DNA from: the human T2T-CHM13v2.0 reference genome, Homo sapiens
Strand: one strand, 5' to 3'
DNA length: 64,000 bases
Assembly: GCF_009914755.1 (NCBI RefSeq)
Contig: NC_060935.1
Position 1 is the first letter of the stretch, and every line of letters begins with the position of its first letter. Shown here one piece after another: positions 1 to 12,277 of this stretch. Position numbers and translations under genes: made by a program. The notes below the pieces were generated by a model. That model did no database searches. It was not told where the DNA came from and worked only from the letters and a program-made list of their open reading frames with translations.

Positions 1-233
1 GAGCTGGTTACTGGCATAAACGATACAGATGGGGAAGGTTTGAGAAGAGTGGGCCACAGCTGTTGGCAAAATGACCTGCCCAGGTGAGAGGGAGAGAGCA
101 GCAGTAGCCAAAGGTGAAAGGCTTTGGAGTCTTAGAATGATCTCCACAAGCAGAGCCTGAGATATGGACTTCTGGGAGATTACCCTGGAGGTCCCAGGAA
201 GGTGAAGAGAGAGAGCAGAGAGTAAGACATCGT

Positions 234-490
234 CACACTCCACCCAGCCAGTGCCCCCAAGCCTTTCTTCTCCACCCTCCACACTTCACCCAGCCAGCAT
301 CCCCAGCCTTCTGCATCCTTCACACTCCACACAACCAGCACCCTCAGCCTTCTCCATCCTTCGCACACCACCCAGCCAGCACCCCCAGCCTTTCTTCTCC
401 ATCCTCCACCCTCCACCCAGCCAGCACCCTCAGCCTTCTCCATCCTCCACGCTCCACCCAGCCAGTGCCCCCACAGCCTCCTCCATCTCC
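234..490. repeat. Degenerate C-rich minisatellite, ~40-44-bp unit, ~6 copies
   Basis: Recurring CCACCCAGCCAGCACCC(C/T)CAGCCTTCTCCATCCT. Confidence 0.8.
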
Positions 491-554
491 TTTTTTTCTT
501 CACTCTATCTCTTCCCAATGTCTTACTACCACTTCCAACACTCCTCTTCACACA

Positions 555-690
555 GGAAGGAAGGAAGGAAGGAAGGAAGGAAGGAAGGAAGGAAGGAAGG
601 AAGGAAGGAGGGAGGGAGGGAAGGAGGGAGGGAGGGAAGGAAGGAAAGAAGGAAGGAAGGGAGGGAGGGAGGGATGGAGGGGAGAGAAAA
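555..690 (+). repeat. (GGAA)13 microsatellite followed by a GGAG/GGAA purine tract
   Basis: Uninterrupted GGAA at 555-606, then mixed GGAG/GGAA. Confidence 0.95.
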
Positions 691-1959
691 AAAGAAAGTT
701 AAGAAAGAAGAATAGAAAAGAATAAAAAAATGATGAAGTCACAAGCCCACTGAGATTGTTCTTTCTGGCAAAATCCCACTGTGTCTGCTGGTGTGTGATG
801 CTGTGTGTGTGTGTTTATGGGTGGGTGGATGTGTGGGTGTGCATGTCCAGGTGTCCTTGCTGTATCTGCTTTTCTTAGGAACAATTATCAACCCTATGTG
901 GCCTTCACTAGACCTTTCAAACACCCAAGACAGCACACAGTGGCTATGTAATAATGAACAATAATTAATAATAATAACAATGATGATGTTCAGTGCTGCT
1001 GACTAATTCAGACTTCTCCAGGGGGAAGAAGCACCGTTGCTATTTTTGGAGAGAACAGAACTGAAGAACTGCATGAAAATTTGCATTTTTTAACTAATTT
1101 ATTGAGTTTCCATTTATGACTTTCTTTAAATGTGACATGAATGAATTGCTTTATTTTCTAAAAGAACACTACCAAATGAGAACACTTATTTATACATTTT
1201 AACAGCACCCAATAAAAGTTACCATTGTGTTTCATAATCACATTATGACTATTTGAGAAATGTTTTTCCACGTGGATGAATGACGAAAGGCAGCTTTGGG
1301 TTGACTTGTTAATTCATCTTTCTTCATATCCTCCAAGGTCATAAATATCTACGATCTATTACCTGGCACTGGTTGTCCAGTATCCGTAGGAACCTCAGCA
1401 TTATTTTGATGGCATGGCTTTACTTTGTCTTGGTGGATCCTGTACTCACTGTTATTGCTGAACTCAAATTGCTTCAAGGTTCCAGATAAACCTCTTAATA
1501 CCATGAATAAGTAGTTTATTCAAGGAAGCAGCTCTTGGTGGTTCTTGGATCTTTGGGAGGCAGGCTCTTTTGACAGATGTGCCCCTTCTTTCCCTTCTGA
1601 GGTCTTCATTTCCTAAGCCCCCACGGCAGGACAGACAGCACCGATTCCTGCATCCATTCTCCACCCAGGTGGGCTCCCCTCTGCCCTGTGGAAGTTGACA
1701 AGCTGCCCTTCAAAGCAGTCTGACAGAGGAGGATCTGTCGGGGGTAAAAGTGGCAGAGCTGGTCAGCTCAGCAAGTTTCTACTCTGTCTGAAAATCCCTC
1801 ACCAGGAGTTTTTACGCATTTATTTCTTTATTCACTTGTGTATTCCTACATTGTATAAATAGTTACTTGTCAGGCATTGTTCTTGGTGTTCAAATCAAGG
1901 CAATAATGTTACTTTTGCTGTTAAAAATGATAATACCAAAACATTGTCCATAAAATAAA

Positions 1960-3195
1960 TAAATTAAAAATCAGACTTTATTAAAACAAAATTTTGGTCC
2001 TTACAAAACACTGTTAAGAAAATAGCAAGAAGACATATTTGAAGAAAAATAAAATATTTTCCAAGAATATATCCAACAAAAGACTTTTATTTAAAATACA
2101 TAAATAACTGTTAAAACTCAACAACAAAAATATAGGCAACCCAATTTTTTAAATGAGCCAAACAACTGAATAGACACTTCATGAAAGAATGTATATGGAC
2201 AGCAGATAAGCATAATAAAACATGCTTAACATCATTTGTCATATAAGAAATAAAAGTTAAAATTAAAATGAGACACACCAAGCACGTATTATGTTCTTTT
2301 TAAATTTAAAAAGCTGATAACACCTCATTTGTTACTGGTGGGAAATTTAAAATAGCATAGCCACTTTGGAAGACAGCATGACTATTTCTTATAAAATTAA
2401 ACACACACTTATAGATCAAGCTTTACTCTTCCTGGATATTTACCCAAGTGAACTGAAAATGTTTGTTCACACAAAAACCATATGTGAATGTTAATAACAG
2501 CTTTATTCATAAATTTCAAAACTGAAAACACCCAAGATGTTCTTCAAAAGGTGAATGGATGAACAGATCCTAGTGTACGAATAATATGCAGTATTAATCA
2601 GCAACACAAGGAGGCAATGGTTGATTTATGCAGCAACATAGAAGAGTCCTAATTGGAGTTTACTCAGTAAAATAATCCACACTCCTAAAGGTACAATTAT
2701 TGTACGATTACATTTATGTGGGGCTTGGGAAAAGGTGGAACTGTAAGAATGGAAAACAGAGCAATGGTTGACAGTAGTGGAGGGAGTAGGATATGGTTTA
2801 CTCTAACGGGCCACACAGGAGACTTGGGGGTTACAGAACTATTTTAGCATGACTTACTGACACGTGTGCACACATGGGTTGGTATACATGCATGCATTTC
2901 CTAACTCTACACACTTAGAGGGTCTAGAAGCAGTAACACCCCAGTAGCAATGAGCACACCCAGCATCCAGATCTTGGTTTCTGAATACCCTCCTCCAGTT
3001 AAAAAGAAACAAGGGTCTTTGGAGAAATGGTTAACTGTATGAATGGACCATGGAAAATTGCACAAGATGACTTAGCGTAGGTGATAATGCCAGAAGCAAA
3101 GAGGCACTAACAACAAGAGTTAGTGTGAACATGGCAGAAATTTGAATTAAGCTTGTAGTTTAATAATATTGTACCATTGTTAATTCCTTAGTTTT
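1960..3195 (+). mobile_element. Old L1M (L1MC-like) 3' ORF2/3' UTR remnant
   Basis: A-rich decayed L1 3' motifs (aaatgagccaaacaactgaatagacacttc, acagctttattcata) and an L1MC3/4-type 3' segment (gggtctagaagcagtaacaccccagtagcaatgagcacacc). Confidence 0.75.
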
Positions 3196-3206
3196 CACAA
3201 ATATCC

Positions 3207-3550
3207 TGTGAACCCTGAAAATTTGAGACAGGTCTCAGTTGATCTAGAAAGTTCATTTTGCCAAGTTTGAGGATGCACCTGTGACAGCCTCAGGAAGTCC
3301 TGACGACACATGCCCAAGGTGGTCGGGGCACAGCTTGGTTTTACACATTTAGGGACACATGAGACATCAGTCAACATGTAAGAAGTACATTGTTCGGTCT
3401 GGAAAGGCGGGGAGGCTGGAAGCAGGGAGGGAGCTTCCAGGTCACAGATAGGTGAGACACAAATGGTTACATTCTTCTGAGTTTCTGATTAGCCTCTCCA
3501 AAGGAGGCAAATCAGATGTGCATCGATCTCAGTGAGCAGAGGAGTGACTT
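3207..3550 (-). mobile_element. MER4A-like ERV1 LTR, truncated
   Basis: tgtgaaccctgaaaatttgagacaggtctcag...cccaaggtggtcggggcacagcttggtttt resembles the MER4A consensus as recalled. Confidence 0.75.
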
Positions 3551-3610
3551 GGAGATCTCAGGAAATTCTGTCCTCCATTTGGACGACAGAATTTCCTGAG
3601 GTCTCCAAGT
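3547..3610. other. Near-perfect 64-nt inverted repeat (hairpin)
   Basis: ACTTGGAGATCTCAGGAAATTCTGTC-C-TCCA-TT-TGGA-C-GACAGAATTTCCTGAGGTCTCCAAGT. Confidence 0.95.
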
Positions 3611-4109
3611 AGGACGAAGTTTTAAAACGGTGGTTAGCCTCAGCTGCCTCCTCCATGTTCCTGTGCAGGGTTCCCCTCTCTCAGCAGCAGGTAAGAAAGC
3701 TGAGCCCTCTCAGTGCTGGGAAGTCTACCCCTTCCTCCTGTCTGGCCACACGGTGAGGTCAGTAACACAGATGTGAAGAGCCCCTGACGTTCCACGGGCT
3801 CTGCAGCTGGCCTTCACTTGACCCCAGGTCCTTCTCCCTGCTGACACAGATGAAACTCCCTCCTTCACACTGAGGCCTGGTGTGTTGATATTGACTGCAC
3901 AGAGAGATACGTGTCTGTTGGCTAATTTTGCCAATGGTCTCACCCAGCCCTGATTCTGTCTATAGTCCCTCTGCAGCCACTCACTGTCCAACCCCAGCTC
4001 CACAGCAAACATCCACCTTTCCTTGTCCACCTCACCTTCATCTATCATTCTCTCTACTAAAACTTGAGCAAGAACAGACAGGTATTCAAAGACCTCTGGG
4101 GTGGCGGGG

Positions 4110-4200
4110 GAGAGAGAGAGAGAGAGAGGCAGAGACTGAAATAGAGAGACAGAAAGACAGAGAGACACAAACACAGAGTAAGAGAGACAGACAGAGGGAA
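4110..4200. repeat. (GA)n/GACA-rich low-complexity tract
   Basis: Direct reading. Confidence 0.85.
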
Positions 4201-4796
4201 GTGGTGATGGGCAGGCCTCACTGCAGCCGTAGCCACTTCCTTTCCCCAGGGCTGAGTGACCTGCCCTCACCCTCAGCTCAGTACCTCCCACTGTTCCATG
4301 ATTCAGTCTGATCTGAGACAAAGGGGGTTTGCGTTTTTTTAAAGCAATTTTTTTCTCATGACGAAAGCAACAGATTGTCATTGTAGAATATATATTCAGT
4401 GCAGATAAGCAAAAAAAAGTATAAATCATACATAATACCATAACCAAGAAACCATCATTTTGGCACTCCTAGCTTATCAACTTTTCCAGAAGATGCCCTA
4501 AGAATAAAATTCCCACATTCAAATATGATGGAGAGACATGGTGCATGCTGGGGTCTTGGGGAGGCCCTGGGTAGGGACCCACTGGTCTGCACTCTCACAG
4601 AACCTCACTTATAATTCATTTTAACAAAACACACGTATGTATAAATAAACACACACATATATACATATATACCATATTTTAACCAACTAGATAATGCTCC
4701 ATCACAGGCTCATTAACTGGTCAGAGCAGAGGGTCTTTGTGTGATGGCACCGCGAAAACCTTACCCGATGAGGGAAGACACCCCTGCCCCCTGAAG

Positions 4797-4807
4797 CACA
4801 CACATGA

Positions 4808-4882
<75 letters not shown>
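4797..4882. repeat. (CA)n microsatellite, interrupted
   Basis: Direct reading. Confidence 0.95.
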
Positions 4883-4883
<1 letters not shown>

Positions 4884-5349
4884 GAGAGGCATTAACAGAA
4901 GACAGGGCTTTCCATTCCAGGTAGGTACAAAGAAGATATGTTGATAACACATTATAAGGGTGTCCCAGAGCCCTCCTCATTAGATGCTGCAACACTGAGA
5001 ACAGAGTTTCTGCTTCCTGTCTCTCGAGATTGTTTTGCTTATTTCCTGGGGATTTCGCTAGTTATGATTATAGTCAAAGGATCAGAGAGTTGAAATGGTG
5101 CTCAAAGATTGTCATTTTAGGCCATGCATTTTCAATGAGAGAAATTGGTTGTTGGAGGAGATGAAAAATTTTAGATATTACAACGGATTGGGTCTCTCTA
5201 AAGGGCCACAGTACATAGACAGATACATAATATATATCAGTGGTTTAAAATTTTATGAGGAGAGCAGTAGAAGTAATTAGGAAAATATAGGCCTAAAAAG
5301 GCTCTTTAGGGCAGTGATTATAAAAGAAAAATAAAAAGGTTAAGAAACA

Positions 5350-5880
5350 CCCTTCTAGACCACTAGCTCTAAATGTTATATGCAATCAGAATTTCCTGGA
5401 GACATTGATAAAATGCAGATATATGAGTTTATGCCTACAGATTCTGATGAATTAATCTAAAGTATGGCCTGGGTATCAATTATTTTTAAACATTGCCAGT
5501 GATTCTGAAACCCATCCAAGGCTGAGAACCATTGGTCTAGATTTTTGCTGTGGACAATGTGGTAACTGGACCAGCAGCAGCAACAGCCACTGGGAGTTTG
5601 TCATAAGTTTTAGATGTAAACCCCACTCTGTGCCTGCTGAATCAGAATATGCATTTAAAGACGATTGTCAGGTGATTCATATGTACGGGATATGTTGAGA
5701 GCATTGAAGTGGACCATGGTTATGAACCTGTTTGACCACCAAAATCACCAATAACCTAACTATACAGCAGCCATAGCCCACTCCAGAGCCCTCACACCAG
5801 AATCGCTGGTCTTGGGGGTGATGGCTCCGCTGCTTCTACACATTTCCATACATGATTCTGATGCAGAGTGCTGGATAAAA
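5350..5880. mobile_element. Cluster of MER5A/MER5B (hAT-Charlie) remnants
   Basis: Repeated aatcagaat...aaaatgcagat...gattctga...gagaacca motifs. Confidence 0.6.
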
Positions 5881-5969
5881 TCTAAGGACTGGATCCAAAA
5901 ACACAATAGTAATCAGAAGAGAAGTAAAATGACTTATCCAGGAGTTTTAGCCACCTCCTATTCTCCCGA

Positions 5970-6449
5970 TTGTTGAGGGAGGAATTATGGCTGTGGTTAC
6001 AGGTGTGGCCAAACATATGTGGCCTAGCAGTGGACAGATGAGACTGACAGCCATTGACTAGTAACACATACTCACAGCCAGGCAGGAGGACACACGACCC
6101 ATGCAGGGCCACATGGGGGTTGTACATAGTGAACAAGGAGGGAGGCAGGCTTTGTAGTAGCAAGAGGGTGGGGTGCCCTTGATTCCTGTAGGAAAGTGCG
6201 ACTGGCTTGTTCAAATAATGCTGTGGGCTGGCAGGGAATTAAATACTGCTACTCAGGAGTATGCAAGGACTGCTAATTGGTCTTCCTGATAAGGTGGGTT
6301 GTTTAACTAGGAGACCTTACCTGCATGAGCAGAGCAGGGTGGTGGTGGCAGGTGATATGGGCTCATGCTATGCAAGGCCCTCCCAGTTCCAGATGTCAAG
6401 GCAGGACATACTCTTTATTGAAACTTAATATCAGGCCTTACACTACCAT
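5970..6449 (-). mobile_element. ERVL LTR of the MER74/MER73/MER54 group (3' LTR position)
   Basis: Reverse strand begins tgtaaggcctgatattaag...tgccttgacatctgg; preceded by a PPT-like aaggggcc. Confidence 0.65.
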
Positions 6450-6496
6450 TGGCCCCTTGATGCCCTGACATCAATTTAAACTCTGGTGTTTATAGA

Positions 6497-7025
6497 TATC
6501 ACAGGGCAAACCCCAAAGTTGGGGTTCAGCCTGGGAGGCCACATGGGTTCTTGGCTTCACACAGGAAGGAATTAAAGAGTGAGCCAACCGTAAAGTGAAA
6601 GCAGGTTTATTAAGAAAGTAAAAAATAAAAGGATGGCTACTCCATAGGCAGAGCAGCCCTGAGGGCAGCTAGTTGGCTATTTTTATGGTTATTTCTTGAT
6701 CATATGCTAAACAAGGGGTGAATTATTCATGAATTTTCTGGGAAAAGGGTGGGCAATTTCCGGGACTGAAGGTTCTTTCCCCTTTTCAACCATATAAGGT
6801 AATGTTGCCATGTAGCCACAGCATTTGTAAATTGTCATGCACTGTTGGGAGTTTCCCGTAGCATGCTAATGTATTATAATTAGTGTATGATAAGCATAAC
6901 CAGAGGTCGCTTTCCTTGACATCTTGGTTTTGGCAGGTTTGGACCCACTTCTTTACCACGTCTCATTTTACCAGCAGGCTCTTGGTGAACCTGCAAAACC
7001 AGTCCTGCTGAGCTCCTACCTCATT
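6497..7025 (-). mobile_element. MER41-family ERV1 LTR
   Basis: aaagtgaaagcaggtttattaagaaagta...ggctactccataggcagagcagcc...ggttatttcttgatcatatgctaaacaaggggtg. Confidence 0.75.
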
Positions 7026-7545
7026 CAGGCTCCTGGAAAGTAGAAGTATCTCCCTAGGGAGTGAAATGGGTACTAGGCCAGGAGGGTGAGGGCCACATGT
7101 TGGGATAGTTGTCAAAAACATGAACCTTTGAGGTGTCTCCCATTATGGCCAATAAGGGAAATTGAGAGAACTGTGAGGCATTGGTGCAGTGAATGCTTGT
7201 CCCCAGGAAGCAGGAATGTGATTCGAGACTAGTCAATGCTCTTGGCAGTAGTGACACCCAGCAATAGACCCATTTGCTACTTTTTACCTTAATAGGAGTT
7301 CTTTGGAGAGTCCATTATGTCTCAGTTAAGCCAACTGTTCAGGGCCTGTAGGGGAGGTGAAAATTCCAACAAATGGCTTTTTCAAGAGTTCGGCGTTAGG
7401 CACTCTGAGGAGTGAAATGAGAGCCTTGGTCACTGCCAGTAAAGTGTAGAATTCCATGGGGATGAGAAGTGTCCTGGTGAGGCCTTGTTCTGCCACCCTT
7501 AGCATCTGTAGAGGCACCCATTATCTTCATTTATACTGTGGTATC
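7026..7545 (-). pseudogene. ERVL internal remnant with decayed integrase
   Basis: Reverse strand 7368-7230 reads WNFHLPYRP*TVGLTE/HNGLSKELL...WVSLLPRAL, matching the retroviral IN motif W.FH.PY.P...G..ER.NG.LK, with a stop and a frameshift. Confidence 0.7.
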
Positions 7546-7936
7546 TGTGATACAAGAGATCACAGTGTTCTTTACCCCAAAGGAAACAACTCTTAAGCAA
7601 CGGGCCAAAAGTTTATAACTCAGAAACGGAACAGCCAAAGACTGGCAGATGGGCTTCTCAGTCTCAAGAGGGTGGAGAGTCCCTGGTTTCCAGGGAAGGA
7701 CTATTTGGCTTGTCTGAGTAACTGTGCAGGCTGGCAGGGGGCCTAATGCCTCCTCTCAGGTATAAACAAAAACTGTGCCTAGTCCCTGTATAAGGAGGCC
7801 TGTTTGACTAGGAGGCCCTATTGACAGAGTCAGAGTGGGGCGGGAACTGCATTAGAATCTTCAAAGCTGCCATGGTTTCACCAAATGTCAAGGCAGCACA
7901 TCATGTAGGGCTTTAGTTTTAGGCCTTATGCCACAC
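7546..7936 (-). mobile_element. ERVL LTR of the MER73/MER54/MER74 group (5' LTR position)
   Basis: Reverse strand begins tgtggcataaggcctaaaactaaag...tgtgctgccttgacatttggtgaaacc. Confidence 0.65.
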
Positions 7937-7967
7937 CGAGATCAAACACAGGCCTAAAGATTGACAC

Positions 7968-8015
7968 ATTGAAAGTAGTGGCAAAGCTACAATTACTTTT
8001 GCTCCAGCCTAATAC
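7968..8015. mobile_element. MADE1 (mariner MITE) half
   Basis: tggcaaagctacaattacttttgctccagcctaata resembles the MADE1 TIR. Confidence 0.55.
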
Positions 8016-8224
8016 ATTATGCTATTCTCCCACTGCCTGTCTCATAGCCTTGAAGTAGAAAGTCTCCTAGAACATATCGTCAGGCCAGATCCAGAGAAGA
8101 CAGTGGAAAACACAGTGAATTCATAGTAGAAGTTGCCCACTATGTCAGGTTAACTATATATTCGATTAGAGCCCTGCAATGTTTCCTCGTTGAGGTAAAT
8201 TACACTAATGCTTTTATTGGTTGT

Positions 8225-8660
8225 TTGTTTACTGAGGTAAAATTCATACTACATAAAGAACAATTTTAAAGTGTTAAATTCAATGATGTTTAGCACATTT
8301 GCAAGGTTGTGCCATCATACCTTTGTCTAGTTCCAAAATATTTTCATGGTCTTTTTAAAAGAGAAGTCCTTTACCCTTAAATACTCACTTTCCATTTTTC
8401 CTTCCTTCCCAGACATCAGCAACCACTAATTAGTTCTCTGTACAGATTTAACTGTTCTAGATATTTTAGATAAATGAAATAATACAGTACTTGATTTTTT
8501 TGGTCTAATTTTCTGCACATTAGGCTCAAATAATGAACACATGATGAAAATTACGCTAAGTGAAAAGTTGTAGCATGTATCAAATACTTCATTACTTTTT
8601 GTGGCTGAATAATATTCCATTATATGAATAAACCAGATTTGTTTATACATTCATGCATTT
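8225..8660 (-). mobile_element. L1M 3' fragment
   Basis: tttactgaggtaaaattcat...tggctgaataatattccattatatg. Confidence 0.7.
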
Positions 8661-8958
8661 TATTTTATGTTATTTTATTGAAATCTCTCTCTGTTATCTG
8701 GGCTGGAATGCCCTGGCACAATCATAGCTCTCTGGAGCCTTGAACTCCTGGGCTCTAGCAATCCTCCCCTCTCAGGCTCCTGAGTAGCTGGGGCTATAGG
8801 TGTGTGCCACCATGCCCAGATAATTTTAAAACATTTTTGTAGATATGAGATTTTGCTATGTTTTCCACACTAGTGTCAAACACCTGGCCTCAAGCAACCC
8901 TCCTGCCTTGGCTTCTCAGAGTTCTGGAATTACAAGTATGAGCTACTGTGCCCAGCCC
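8660..8958 (-). mobile_element. AluJ
   Basis: Dimeric Alu, CpG-depleted, with J-type catagctc...ccttgaactcctgggct. Confidence 0.85.
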
Positions 8959-11935
8959 CATTCATGCATTTTAATCAAAGTTTGTAAGTAGCATTTCTAA
9001 ATGGCAGAATACACAGAAGGCCCCTCACTTCAGCAGGAGGGGGAGGTCAGAGCATGCAGAGTCTCCAATTTTTACCAACACTGCACTCTAACCAAAGAAG
9101 GTAGCAGCCTGGGCATGGTTATGTGGGCAAATGAATACTTTGCCTCTCATCTCTGTCCTCGGCACCATCATCCTTTCTGACCCACCCCTAAACCTGAAGA
9201 AACTCAGTTTTTCGGAGATGTTCAAAACCTATTCTCTAACCTTCATTGTGGATCTCCTCACCCCAGAAAGTTTTCTAGGCCTTGGTCTGAGGGCTGAGGT
9301 CCAGCTGGGCTTTTTAATCAGCAGATTTTTTCTGGAGGCCCTGATTGCTATATTGAAATTCTCTTCATCCACAGCCAGAGAAAACAATGAGTCAAACAAT
9401 GAGTCTTGCTCAGAATCAGTTATTTTGAACTGTTCATTGACATTCTCATGAAAACATCCCTCAGCCCGGCCCACTTCTCCCAGAAATGCACCCCAATATC
9501 TTCAAGGCACTGGAGCTTTTCCACTCAGGTGACAGACCTGTTCCACTCTTTGGGTCCATTGGAGGGAGGCAGATGATGGAAGAGAGAAGGGAGCATCATG
9601 CCAGTTATTACTTTAAGAGACACTTAATGAGACTGTTGCATGAGTGATGGGCTGTACAAAACAAGATGTTTAAAGCTATTTGGATTTCAATTGAAAGTGT
9701 GAAAAATACGTGTTTTGTGAGAGGTGTTGTTGCCTGATGTGAAAATGTAAGATGTTTTCCTACTCAGACTAAACATATAAATGGATGAAGAAAGGCTCTA
9801 ATAAGGTTATGCACGTTGAAGTGATTTTTGTCATGGAGCTATGTGCAGATGTTGTATGTAGGAGTGGACAGTGATATTATTGGTATCACTCCAGTCTATA
9901 GAGCTTATACACAGTGTTTTAAATCCATTTATAAATATATCAAACAAAATGCATCTTGTGTCAGGAGGTAGAAGGTAATGCTTCTTTATATTTACAGTTA
10001 AATCTGAAGTATAGAGAAGGCAAAAATCTTCCATTTCTTACCAAATCAGGATAAAAAACAAGGGATCCTAAATCCTGACGTGGTGAGTTTCTATTTTGCA
10101 TTGCTTTGCCTGAATAGGTGACTTAGCTTGTTTTTAAAATAGAAGCAACTTGGAATGGAAAATGGCCTTTCTTTGAAAACATACATATTTTATAGAAAAG
10201 CAGATATGGATTCAGAAAACAAGCCAGAAATCTTACAGTGGAAAGTATGTATGTGTGTGTGGTGGAGAAGGAGGTAGGGGAGAATAAAATTTGTATTTAA
10301 TGAACCAGGTTTTATTCCTATTCTATCACCATGGCAGTCAATGTACTTAGCTCACTAATTAGGCGATCGCAAACACTTTTTTTATTTACTTTACTATAGG
10401 GCCTGGAAAACTCAATACTATTTTCCTAAGCCTTTTTGACAGTAGGGGTAGTGATATGTCATTTTTCAGACTAATTAATTATATGTGATTACTGTGGGGG
10501 AAGTCTAGAACATTTATTTTCTTTCCAAATAGAAGAAACAGTTGAAACTAATGAAATTTTTTTATTTTTCTGCTTTGATTACAGATATAATTTTGAGTTG
10601 GACGTGCCATGTTGTTCATGGCAAAGTCATAAGCATAAAACAAAGGCCAACAGAACAAAGAAAGACCATCACTCCATCACTCACACCAGCTAGCTCTAAA
10701 ATAACACCATCAGCTGCCTATCCCTAGGTTATGCATTTTGAGAAAATACTACCTCCTAATTTACAGCTGTATGTATGTTGAAATTCTAGAGCCGATTACA
10801 TAATTTGCAAATTGGACTTGCAACTAAATTTCTCAGATATGGTGTTAAAATGGGAAAGAGTCCATTTCAGAGAGCCCAATAGAGTTGACAGGATAATTAG
10901 CTAAGAAATGTGCACAAGGTCGTGGCTGAGGCTGATATAGAGGAGACCTTTCTCTACCTTCTTCTCCATCACCAATACCTCCTCCTCCTTCCTGGGATAC
11001 TGTCATACCCATAGCATTGCTAAATGTAGCAAAAAATTCTTTCCTGGGCAGATCTCAAGGTTAGGCATAGATTTGCACTTGGGCTGGATGAATGAGTGAA
11101 AGACAAATAGACTTTCAAGTTCCAAATAAGAAAAATGAATTGGATATTTGCCTGTAGAACTCATCAATCATATTTTCCTAGACTCTTCCTTCACCTTAAT
11201 TATTCTGGCACCCTGCTTAGGTCTTTCACCTGAGCACTTAACTGAAGAATACTTTAAAGCTCAGCTGGGTGCCACCAACCCTCCTCAGGTTGTGTGTGCA
11301 TGTGAAAATATGTATATGCCTGCTAAAGCTTAATTTTTTTCTTTTTCTAGAAGTATTTATATTTGAATAGGAGATTCCTGAAGCTATAAGGCCTTTAAAG
11401 TGTGACAGAGCAGATATTTTGTAGATATGGTTTCCAGTATTCTGACGGATGGTAAATGACGCCATTTATATGTCTTACTTTACAGGAAGTAAAAGAAAGG
11501 CAGATACTCTGCATGCATTTTCAATGTGCTTGAGCTAATAAGAAGCAGTATTTAAGTAAGAAACCAGCTTGTGTACTCTTGTCTTTAATGCAGGTGTAGT
11601 GATTCATTAACAGCCTTGATTATGAAGATTTTAAGTGATGCTGATGGCCTAAACTTTTATGATTTTTGCCTTGATTATTTATAGGTTATAAAGAGAACAG
11701 GCTCTTTGAAGCAGAAAAAAACACTGCTTCCAAGAGCCAAGACTCATTTGCTGATTTTTCAAGGCTAATCATTTAACTCTTGCTTAATTACATACCAGGG
11801 TCAGGAAGAGAGCCGTTTTCAGCACTGGACAGCGACAAGCAGGGCTAGCTACGTAGCACCTCAGTGAAGAAAGATCTAAGTCTAGAGAGAAAAACTGAGT
11901 TTACTCAGGTTGGAGAAAAGAGAAAACAAGATTAA

Positions 11936-12277
<342 letters not shown>

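Noticed and set aside
3725-4447. 240-aa minus-strand ORF
   Set aside because: It spans a GA-rich low-complexity tract and shows no recognisable homology.
9131-9474. Overlapping ORFs with protein-like composition in non-repeat DNA
   Set aside because: They are short, I recognise no family, and I see no convincing splice context; a BLASTX search would settle it.
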